From contig JBHIBG010000021.1 in the NCBI GenBank assembly GCA_046758965.1, positions 1 to 35,973 of the forward strand: a stretch of 35,973 nucleotides of DNA, written 5' to 3'. How positions within the stretch are numbered: the first letter of the stretch is position 1; each line of letters begins with the position of its first letter. This document shows, piece by piece, positions 17,555-24,880 of this stretch. Under the pieces are notes generated by a model that was not told where the DNA came from, ran no database searches, and was given only the letters and a program-made list of their open reading frames with translations. The position numbers were made by a program, and so were the translations under genes. The stretch comes from Candidatus Methylomirabilia bacterium. Lineage in GTDB: Bacteria > Methylomirabilota > Methylomirabilia > Rokubacteriales > CSP1-6.

Positions 17555-19381
17555 TCACTCGATCCATGACCGAGGCGCGACGCCAATGGCGTCGTAGAGG
17601 AAGCGGATGATCTTCCAGATCTCGTCATCGCTCAGGTCGTCCTTCCATCTCGGCATGGCGGAGTCCCAGGGCCGCGACGGCGGCGGCAAGCCCCGTCCCC
17701 CCTCCCTGATCCGCCAGAAGGCATAGGACTCGTGGAGCTGAGCGAGGCGCTCCGGGTGGGTCAGGTCGGCCGGCCGGGGCTCCAGGGCGTCGGCAAACAG
17801 GCCGCGACCGTCCAGTGCGTCCCCGTGGCAGAAGACGCAGTTCTTGAAGTAGAGCGTGTTCCCCTGCCTGACGATCTCGGGCGTGTCCGGCAGCGGATTT
17901 TCCAGCGCCACGTATTCGGCCGGGAGCTCCGGGTGAACCAGGCGGGGACCCTCCTCCGGGGCTCTCTGGTCGGCCCCTCCAACGAGGAGGAGCCAGTGCC
18001 AGGTGCTGAGGCTCCCCTTCTCCCACCGCTCACTCGCGGATCCGTCCCAGACATAGAACCCGATGGGGATAGCCTTGCCCTTGCTGAACCGGGCATCGGG
18101 CGCTTTCCCGGTGGGGCTCAGCCTCCGTCCCATCACCACAGACCACCGACCGTTCCGGTACGCGCTGCTCCCCCACAACCCCTTCCTGCGGGACGGCAAG
18201 GGCTTCTGGGTCCCGAGACCATGAGCGGAGTATTCCTTGACGGAAGCCCGGCCTGCCTCCCAGTGCCAGAGAATGACAGGCCATCGGGGGTCCCCCAGCA
18301 GGAAGTACGGTTTGCCCGTTGCCTCCGAGCGGCCGGAAGGGAACTGGATAGCCACCGCGTCGTTGAAGCTTCCGTCTTGCCCCGTGACGAGGCTCCGCGT
18401 CCCGTCATCCCACTGGAGGAGAAAGGCAATCTGCTGAGAGTTGTAAAGGGCCCGGACCGTCAGGGAGGTGACAGAGGGCGTATGAAGGCGAGGGCGCTGG
18501 ACAACCTGGCCGGCCAGCCGCAGTTCCACCGCCTCAGCGCTCTCCCAGTGGGGATCTTGGGGACTCCTCGGGAGGGGCCCCGGCAGGGCCCTTGCGCGGA
18601 TAAGCGTTCGGCCCTCGGATAGCGGTCGATCCACCGAGCGGGAGGAGACGTAGTAGGCAAGCTGCCACCGCTCCTCCTCGCTGAGGCTGTCCTCAAAGGA
18701 GGGCATCGGAGTCCCGTCAAGACCCGTCGTGAAGGCCCGGTAGATGTCCTCGACCCCACTCCCACCACGGTAGCTCCTCCGTCGGGTGAGGTTTCCGGGT
18801 CGGATCGGGACCTCCCAGTCATCTTTCAGAGTGGGAGCCGACGGGCCATCTCCCCGCCCCTCCTCTCCGTGGCACTCCCAGCATTTCATCTTCCGGTAGA
18901 TCTCGCCCCCCTTGGACACGGCCTGCTCGCTGAACGGGATAGGCGACCCGAGGGAGGCCCGCTCGGGAGGGAGCTCCTCTTCAAACAGCTCTGAGAACGA
19001 TTTGATATACCGAACCAGCTCCCAGCGCTCAGCCTCCGAGAGCTTCTCCCAGCCCGGCATGGCGCTCCCCGGCATCCCCCGGGTGATCGTCCGGAACAGG
19101 TCCTCATCCGTGGGAACCTCTCCGCTGGTCGTCGTTCTGATCTTGAAGACCCCCGTGGTGAAGTCGCGGGGCCGGGGGGAGAGCAAGTCCGCCGCCGGGC
19201 CATCCCCTCTCCCTTCCTGGCCGTGGCAGCCGGCGCAGTAGCGGTCGTAGAGGGCCTTCCCCTCTGGGGGTTGCCCTTGAGCCCGTGCCGGTCGGACGGC
19301 GAACGGGCTCACGATCAGGAACACGCTCAGGGCGAACAGGAGAAGACCCCTGACTCTGGGGCCCCTGGATCTTGGGATCAA
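17555..19381 (-). CDS. Periplasmic triheme cytochrome c with EBDH-gamma domain
   Basis: GGAGG RBS 5 nt before TTG at 19381, signal peptide ending ARAQ, CAGCH, CWECH, EBDH-like domain, then CVFCH. Paralog of 5341..7755. Confidence 0.87.
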   Translation of the reverse strand: MIPRSRGPRVRGLLLFALSVFLIVSPFAVRPARAQGQPPEGKALYDRYCAGCHGQEGRGDGPAADLLSPRPRDFTTGVFKIRTTTSGEVPTDEDLFRTITRGMPGSAMPGWEKLSEAERWELVRYIKSFSELFEEELPPERASLGSPIPFSEQAVSKGGEIYRKMKCWECHGEEGRGDGPSAPTLKDDWEVPIRPGNLTRRRSYRGGSGVEDIYRAFTTGLDGTPMPSFEDSLSEEERWQLAYYVSSRSVDRPLSEGRTLIRARALPGPLPRSPQDPHWESAEAVELRLAGQVVQRPRLHTPSVTSLTVRALYNSQQIAFLLQWDDGTRSLVTGQDGSFNDAVAIQFPSGRSEATGKPYFLLGDPRWPVILWHWEAGRASVKEYSAHGLGTQKPLPSRRKGLWGSSAYRNGRWSVVMGRRLSPTGKAPDARFSKGKAIPIGFYVWDGSASERWEKGSLSTWHWLLLVGGADQRAPEEGPRLVHPELPAEYVALENPLPDTPEIVRQGNTLYFKNCVFCHGDALDGRGLFADALEPRPADLTHPERLAQLHESYAFWRIREGGRGLPPPSRPWDSAMPRWKDDLSDDEIWKIIRFLYDAIGVAPRSWIE

Positions 19382-19416
19382 CGACACCTCCAAGAGGACG
19401 ACCCCGGGGGGAGGTG

Positions 19417-20997
19417 TCACGGGGTTCCGCGCGAGATGAGGCGCTCCACCGGGAGAATCCGGAGCGTGCTCCGAAGCCGCGGCCCGCCGAGCCATCCGCT
19501 CTTCCCCGCGCGCTCCACCACGGCAACCACCACCTCCCCGTCTGGGGTCACGGCAAAATCGCCCACGTACCCGCCCAGCATCCGGCTGCATCCTACCGAT
19601 TCCAGCACCCCTTCGCCGACCGCGAGCGCGCACAGCTGGCCGTGCTTGAACTGGAACAGGGTCGGGACCGCCACCAATCCCGCGCGCCCGAACCGGAGGA
19701 TATTGTTCGCCAGGAGGATCTCGTTCCTGCCGTCTCCGTTGAGGTCCACGGCAAGGACCTTGCTACCCTTGAACGCGAATTCCCTGCCCTCCTGCTGGGG
19801 GTAGATTCTGATCGGGGTCGCCTCGAACTTCCGGGTCGCCGTGGCGATGAGGCGGCCGTCGGAGGAGTAGAGAGCTGGCCGGCGGTGGCGATCGAGGATC
19901 AGGCGCTCGGACCGCCCATCTCCGTCCCAGTCAAACACCGAGAGGGTGTAGAGCGAGACCCGCTCACGCAAGCGGGGAAACGGGGCCTCCACGTACCGGC
20001 CGTTGCTCCAGATCGCCCGCCGGATCGAGTTCATGAAAGGATCGGAAACCCCTGACTGCTGCCAGAAGAGATCCGCCACGCCGTCACCGTCCCAGTCTCC
20101 GGCAACATGGAGAAAGACGCCGCGGCCGGGAAGGACGCCGCTCAGTTCTCGGTACCGAGTCCGGTTGTGCTCGATGACGAACGAGCGGACCGCTCGGCTC
20201 CCGTGACGGGTGACGAAGATCTCCGCTCTCCCGTTTCGATTGACATCAGCCACTGCCACGTGGATCAGCCGCCCCTTCCCCTTGGCCTCGTAGATCTTCC
20301 GAGGCTCCCCGCGATCCCCCTCAAGCGGGACCAGCCAGACGTTGTCGCCCTCCGTGAAAAGGATCTCCTTCCGACCATCGCCGTCGGTATCCCCCACGTC
20401 GAGGCTCAGAATCCCGCCTTCGAAGGCAACCGTCTTCCGAACCTTGGAATGGCGGGGATCGACTCGCGGGCGGGAAGGCCGGGGGCTCCGCACGGCCTTC
20501 TTCTCTCCCCGACGCGGCGAGGGCCCGAGCTGGACCTCTTCGAAGACAACAAGGGCGCCGCGCCGGGTCTCGATGGCTCGGAGGCGGAGACTGCCGGCAG
20601 CGGGCCCGGGGGAGCCCAAGATCACCCCGTGAATCTCAAGCTCGTCTGCAAGACGTTTCAGGCCGGCGGGTGACAGGATCTCTCCGAACCCCTTGCTCCG
20701 CCACCCGGTCGCGGCCCGCACGACCTCCTCATCAACCACCCGAAGCCGGCCTGTCTCCAGCAAACGCTTGACCAGCGCAGCCCTCACGGCGCTGAAGAGC
20801 TGAGTTGCTTCCTCCGTGCGCGCCACGAACTCCAGGACGACCACGGCCGGCGCCGGAGCCTCCGCGGAGGAAAACGTTCGCTCGACAAGGACGGCAAACG
20901 CCTCGATGTCGGGCTCCGACCCGGCCGCGGGGAAGGAGAGACCGACGACTCCCCCCAGCAGGCAGAGCCCAACGACACCGAGGCCTTTCTTCGTCAT
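19417..20997 (-). CDS. Secreted FG-GAP/VCBS-repeat (Ca-blade beta-propeller) protein
   Basis: Signal peptide from ATG at 20997. Repeats DTDGDGRKEI, DVNRNGRAEI, DWDGDGVADL, DWDGDGRSE and DLNGDGRNEI. Confidence 0.8.
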   Translation of the reverse strand: MTKKGLGVVGLCLLGGVVGLSFPAAGSEPDIEAFAVLVERTFSSAEAPAPAVVVLEFVARTEEATQLFSAVRAALVKRLLETGRLRVVDEEVVRAATGWRSKGFGEILSPAGLKRLADELEIHGVILGSPGPAAGSLRLRAIETRRGALVVFEEVQLGPSPRRGEKKAVRSPRPSRPRVDPRHSKVRKTVAFEGGILSLDVGDTDGDGRKEILFTEGDNVWLVPLEGDRGEPRKIYEAKGKGRLIHVAVADVNRNGRAEIFVTRHGSRAVRSFVIEHNRTRYRELSGVLPGRGVFLHVAGDWDGDGVADLFWQQSGVSDPFMNSIRRAIWSNGRYVEAPFPRLRERVSLYTLSVFDWDGDGRSERLILDRHRRPALYSSDGRLIATATRKFEATPIRIYPQQEGREFAFKGSKVLAVDLNGDGRNEILLANNILRFGRAGLVAVPTLFQFKHGQLCALAVGEGVLESVGCSRMLGGYVGDFAVTPDGEVVVAVVERAGKSGWLGGPRLRSTLRILPVERLISRGTP

Positions 20998-21023
20998 TCT
21001 CGCGAGAGTTCTGGGAGCAGCTC

Positions 21024-22112
21024 CTACCAGTTCGCCACCGCCTGGAAGCCGATGCCGTCTTCCTGGGGCGCGTTCGTAGCCCTGTTGTCGGTGGATCGGT
21101 TGAAGTACTCGAGCTTGAACGCCAACCACTCCTGAGGCGTGAACCGCACGCCCACGGTGATCCTGCCCTCATCCACTGCCGTTCCCGTTGTGATCGGCGT
21201 CGGGCCCTCTTTGATGGAGGGGAGGCCGTCGTCGTTGTCCACCGCGTCATAGCGGGCGATCAATTCCACGAGCGGGTGAGCGGCCCACGACCCCTGAACA
21301 TACCACCCGTTGAGCGTCGCCTCCGAGAGGGTGCCCACGCCGGGGTTGTCCACGTTGAGCTGGTTGAACTCGGCTCTCAGCTCGAACGGCTCGAAGTTCA
21401 CGACTCCATGAACCCCCCACATGACGTAGTCGTTGTCATTCCACACATCCCATTTCCCCGCCAGGAGCGAGCCCCCCACCTCGATCCCCCGAGTCTCAAC
21501 GCCCGCGAGGGGTATCAGGTTGAGCTGGAGGCCAAAGGACTTGTCATCGTTGATGTCGCGGGAGTCGCTCCCTTTGACATTGCTCTGCTCGAAGACCCCA
21601 TCGCGGTCCCCGTCCTTCAGCCCGTTGATCACGTAGCCGTTGTAGTTGAGCGTGGCCACGGTTCCGAGGGGAAGGACTCCCGTGGCAAGGATCCCCGCGT
21701 CAGAAAAGGTGCCGGGCACGATCGCCCTCGACGGCGAGGGACGGCTCACCAGCTTGTTCCGGGGAGAGGCGTGGACCCGGTGCTCGACCCCGAACGGGAC
21801 CACGAAATACCCGAACCAGAGCTCCAAGAGGTCGTTATACAGCGGCTTCCACTCGATCTGGGCGAACTCAACCTTGACGCCGGTCGTGTGCTCGAACTCG
21901 ATCTCGCCCTGGGCCCTGAGGTTGTCAGCGAGCTCCGAGCCCAGAAAGAGGTTGAAGTGGTGGTTGTCAAAGATCCCCTCGGCTCTCCCGGCGTGATCCT
22001 GGTTCCGAGCTTCAAAATCGATATACCCGTGAAAGATCATCTCCTGGGCCCAGGCCGGCATAGCCAAAGCGAGGACCAGGCCAACTGCGAGAACCCCTCC
22101 CCACTGTTTCAC
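21024..22112 (-). CDS. Outer-membrane beta-barrel porin (OprO/P-like superfamily)
   Basis: AAGGAGG RBS before GTG, AWA|Q signal cleavage site, amphipathic strands (GEIEFEH, GWYVQGS, LIARYD, LAFKLEY) and a terminal aromatic residue (FQAVANW). Confidence 0.82.
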   Translation of the reverse strand: MKQWGGVLAVGLVLALAMPAWAQEMIFHGYIDFEARNQDHAGRAEGIFDNHHFNLFLGSELADNLRAQGEIEFEHTTGVKVEFAQIEWKPLYNDLLELWFGYFVVPFGVEHRVHASPRNKLVSRPSPSRAIVPGTFSDAGILATGVLPLGTVATLNYNGYVINGLKDGDRDGVFEQSNVKGSDSRDINDDKSFGLQLNLIPLAGVETRGIEVGGSLLAGKWDVWNDNDYVMWGVHGVVNFEPFELRAEFNQLNVDNPGVGTLSEATLNGWYVQGSWAAHPLVELIARYDAVDNDDGLPSIKEGPTPITTGTAVDEGRITVGVRFTPQEWLAFKLEYFNRSTDNRATNAPQEDGIGFQAVANW

Positions 22113-22321
22113 GAGGCAATCCTCCTTCGCTTGACAGCTCAGCCGCGGAGGGGTCTACTGAAAAGCGCCCTCACGCGGTTGAGTCCGTGTGGTGGTGTGA
22201 GGGGCTGGCCCGCGCCTGCCAGGGTCAGGACCAGCCCCTCGCCTCTCCTCCCGCCTCTCCTCCCACCTCCTTCCTGTTTTCCCCTCCCTGATGCGCCCGA
22301 AAGCCTATCTTCGGGAAGGGA

Positions 22322-22945
22322 TCAAAACCGCTCGGACAGGATTTTGTCGATCTGACCGGCCGCCGCCCGGAACCGGTCGGGATCCGGCGGCTTCTTCCCG
22401 AAGCCAAAGGCGCCCGGGCGCCCCAGGGCCTTCATGGCATCGCCGAAAGCCTTCCTGACCTCGGCGTCCGCCGCCCGCTCACCCTTCTTGACCACGGGGG
22501 CCAGGATGGCGTAGTAGTTCTTGGCGCTCGCCACGAGGGCCTTCGCCTTTCCGAAGTCCTGAAGAAGGGCCTCGGCGTTCTCGAGCTTGTGCCTGATCAG
22601 GAAAAAGAACGTCCGGTGAAAGCTGTCGACCAGTGATTCGGCGTGGCGGGTTTGATCCGTTCCCTCGCCCCCCGCCTGAATGGCGGCTTCCATGGGGCCC
22701 ACGAGACCCGCCTGGTAGTCACTGTCCATCTTCGCCACCACACCCCTGATCTTGCCGAATCGCTTCTCGACGTCATTCCACCGCATGGGGCTGGCTTTCA
22801 ACGCCTTATTGATCGCCTTGTAGGCCTGGATGACCGGATCCTTTTTCCCCCCGTAGCCATAGCCATAGGCCCAGGGGATACGAATGGCGCCGCTCGCCAA
22901 GAGTATCAGGACCACCGCAAGCCAGAGTCCGTATCGTGGTCTCAC
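22322..22945 (-). CDS. Secreted alpha-helical protein of unknown function (copy 1)
   Basis: GAGGGGAG RBS before GTG, signal peptide, first gene after the sigma54 promoter. Clear paralog at 33221..33844. Confidence 0.8.
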   Translation of the reverse strand: MRPRYGLWLAVVLILLASGAIRIPWAYGYGYGGKKDPVIQAYKAINKALKASPMRWNDVEKRFGKIRGVVAKMDSDYQAGLVGPMEAAIQAGGEGTDQTRHAESLVDSFHRTFFFLIRHKLENAEALLQDFGKAKALVASAKNYYAILAPVVKKGERAADAEVRKAFGDAMKALGRPGAFGFGKKPPDPDRFRAAAGQIDKILSERF

Positions 22946-23035
22946 ACTCCCCCTCCCCTCTCTCGGTTTTCAGAACCCCTGAAGCCCCGGAGTTCAACCC
23001 CAATACTTCCCGAACACTCCCCGATTCCTAAACAC

Positions 23036-23050
23036 GCAAAGGCCGTGCCA
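23036..23050 (-). promoter_or_regulatory. Sigma54 -24/-12 promoter
   Basis: Minus strand TGGCACGGCCTTTGC matches TGGCACG-N4-TTGC, about 90 bp before the 22945 start. Confidence 0.85.
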
Positions 23051-23076
23051 GCGGCGATCACGGAGACAAGGTACCA

Positions 23077-23233
23077 CATGGTGTTGTTGACAAAAGACTT
23101 TTTGCGAGAGGCGGTGGGAGGGGATACGGGCTGGGAGGTCTTCGCGCGCGCATTTCGGTGCGCAAGAGTGCAATGCCGTGCGCAGTGACAGGCCCGGTTA
23201 CGATGGTCGGAGCGGGGGACGGCTCCTCTGCGG
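23077..23233. repeat. Diverged direct repeat of the promoter-upstream region (copy 1; partner at about 24672..24828)
   Basis: Shared blocks catggtg.tgttga, ggcggtgggaggggat, gagtgcaatg, gcccggttacgatgg and gggggacg. Confidence 0.85.
23148..23183. promoter_or_regulatory. Tandem palindromic upstream activator sites (putative bEBP enhancer)
   Basis: GCGCA-tttcgg-TGCGC and GTGCA-atgccg-TGCGC, 20 bp apart, beginning 98 bp from the promoter edge. Confidence 0.7.
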
Positions 23234-23321
23234 GTGTCGGCCCGGACCCGCCGGTTTCGGGGACGGGATCGAGGCACGCGCGAGAGCGAACCCCGGTCCA
23301 GGGGAGCCAGAGCGCCCGCTC

Positions 23322-24086
23322 CTACTTGACGGGGAAGCTGAAATTCACTCTCCCCTGCTCGCCCGCCTTCACCGTCACCCGAACCTCCTGGCGCCCCAAT
23401 TTCTCGTGCCATGCCGTGAGGGTATAAGTTCCGGAAGGGACATCCGTGATCCTGTACGCTCCATCCTCCCCCGTAAGCGCGTAGTAGGGATGGTCCAGGA
23501 CGGCGATCCACCCGTTCATGAAGTCATGAGAATCGCACATGAGCTCCACCAGCCCAGACCGTTTGACCCTCTTCCTGATCACCTGACCTTGAATCGGCTG
23601 GGCCAGATTGAACAGCGTCCGGCCCCGGAAAATGGAGTGGGTATTGTGGAGCACGGGGTCCTCATTAACGATCTCCAGCTTGGTCCGGGTGCGCACCACC
23701 AGGAAATGCGGGACGAACCGTCCCCCCCGATTGAAGAGCCGCGGGCGATGGTCCGGCCACGGCTTCCCCTCCGTGATCCCCTCGACGGTGATCAGCACAT
23801 TCTTGATCTTCCCTGCCCGCGACACGATCAGCCGCTCGTCGGGGAGTTTCTCGCCGAAGACATCGGCGTTCTTCGTCACCCAGATCACATAGGGCCCCGG
23901 GGGTGACCCCTTATAGGTGGCCTCGCCGGCGATAGTGCCGCCGTTGGGAACGGCCTTCTCCCGGTACTTCTCCCGGCCCTCTCCCGGCCCCGCCAGGAGC
24001 AACGGGAGAAGGCCGACCCCCACTAGCGCGCTGATCCAGAGCGAAGGAGAGGAAGCGACACCCCTAGCGGGGAAGAACATAGACAT
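23322..24086 (-). CDS. Secreted cupredoxin-like / carboxypeptidase-regulatory-like domain protein with putative type-1 Cu site
   Basis: Signal/TM segment, NEDPVLHNTH...CDSHDFM, HPYYALT..DG.Y.ITDVPSGTY.L.AWHE. Paralog of 10816..11592. Start uncertain because it overlaps the upstream gene. Confidence 0.8.
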   Translation of the reverse strand: MSMFFPARGVASSPSLWISALVGVGLLPLLLAGPGEGREKYREKAVPNGGTIAGEATYKGSPPGPYVIWVTKNADVFGEKLPDERLIVSRAGKIKNVLITVEGITEGKPWPDHRPRLFNRGGRFVPHFLVVRTRTKLEIVNEDPVLHNTHSIFRGRTLFNLAQPIQGQVIRKRVKRSGLVELMCDSHDFMNGWIAVLDHPYYALTGEDGAYRITDVPSGTYTLTAWHEKLGRQEVRVTVKAGEQGRVNFSFPVK

Positions 24087-24519
24087 AGCCCACCATCGGC
24101 CCTTCCTTTTCGGGACTCACATGGTTGTTGCAGACCATCTTGAACGTCCCGGCCTTGGTTGCAACGAACCTGATGGTCTTCTCCTCCCCCCTGTTGATCT
24201 CGGTCTCGGGCACCCCGAACGCCTTGATCTCGATGAGGTGCTTCGACCCCTTGACGGCGTGGATTCTCAGAACGACGGTGTCGCCCTTGTTGACCACGAT
24301 GAACCCGGGATTGAAGACGTACCGCTCGATCTCCTTCACCGACCCCAGGTTCCGATCCACCACGGGGGCCTCGCCGGACTTTGCCTTCCATTTCCACTCG
24401 CCCGTGACGATGATGAACTCTTTCTCCGCCGCTTGCGCCAACATCGGTCCCACTGAAAGGAGCAGAAGGCCGACGCAGACTCCCAACAGGCCAACTCGCC
24501 ACACTCGTGTGAGGTTCAT
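24064..24519 (-). CDS. Periplasmic cupredoxin (blue copper protein, nitrosocyanin-like fold)
   Basis: AAGGAGG RBS, signal peptide AQA|A, F.P..IVVNKGDTV, KH, KAGTF.MVCNNH.x8.M.G giving His/Cys/His/Met ligands. Confidence 0.85.
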   Translation of the reverse strand: MNLTRVWRVGLLGVCVGLLLLSVGPMLAQAAEKEFIIVTGEWKWKAKSGEAPVVDRNLGSVKEIERYVFNPGFIVVNKGDTVVLRIHAVKGSKHLIEIKAFGVPETEINRGEEKTIRFVATKAGTFKMVCNNHVSPEKEGPMVGYVYVLPR

Positions 24520-24630
24520 GGAGGTTCCTCCTTTTGGTGTGAAACTGCTCGTGGTGAATCATCCTATCCATGCTGAAGCTCACGGCCGAACGCTGAGGGC
24601 TCTCTCGCTTTCTCCTCACGGCTTGACTGG

Positions 24631-24645
24631 GCAAACCCCGTGCCA
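24631..24645 (-). promoter_or_regulatory. Sigma54 -24/-12 promoter
   Basis: Minus strand TGGCACGGGGTTTGC matches the consensus, about 110 bp before the cupredoxin start. Confidence 0.85.
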
Positions 24646-24671
24646 ACGGGGACCGAGGAGACGAAGCACCG

Positions 24672-24828
24672 CATGGTGGTGTTGAGAAAAAGCTTTGTGC
24701 CAAAGGCGGTGGGAGGGGATCCGACCTAGGGAGCGCTTTGGCGCGCAGTTCTCTGCGCAGGAGTGCAATGACCTGCACGGTGACAAGCCCGGTTACGATG
24801 GCCGGGGTGGGGGACGCCTCCTCCGCGG
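24672..24828. repeat. Diverged direct repeat of the promoter-upstream region (copy 2)
   Basis: Colinear similarity to 23077..23233. Confidence 0.85.
24743..24778. promoter_or_regulatory. Tandem palindromic upstream activator sites (putative bEBP enhancer)
   Basis: GCGCA-gttctc-TGCGC and GTGCA-atgacc-TGCAC, 20 bp apart, beginning 98 bp from the promoter edge. Confidence 0.72.
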
Positions 24829-24880
24829 ACCCTGGTGTCGGGATGATATCGAGGGACGCAGAGGGACGCACGAGGACTCC

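Noticed and set aside
5341..19381. Calling the cluster nitrite oxidoreductase or ethylbenzene dehydrogenase
   Set aside because: No molybdopterin alpha or Fe-S beta subunit, TorD chaperone or convincing Tat substrate is in the window.
22143..22178. Imperfect inverted repeat upstream of the porin as a terminator or riboswitch
   Set aside because: Long loop, mismatched stem, no U-tract, and not evidently retained in the duplicated intergenic copy.
24064..24519. Calling the cupredoxin nitrosocyanin (ncyA)
   Set aside because: Ligands are His/Cys/His/Met rather than the Glu/Cys/His/His red-copper set.
24687..24702. TGGCACAAAGCTTTTT as an additional sigma54 promoter
   Set aside because: Lacks the -12 GC at the required spacing and is not conserved in the repeat copy.
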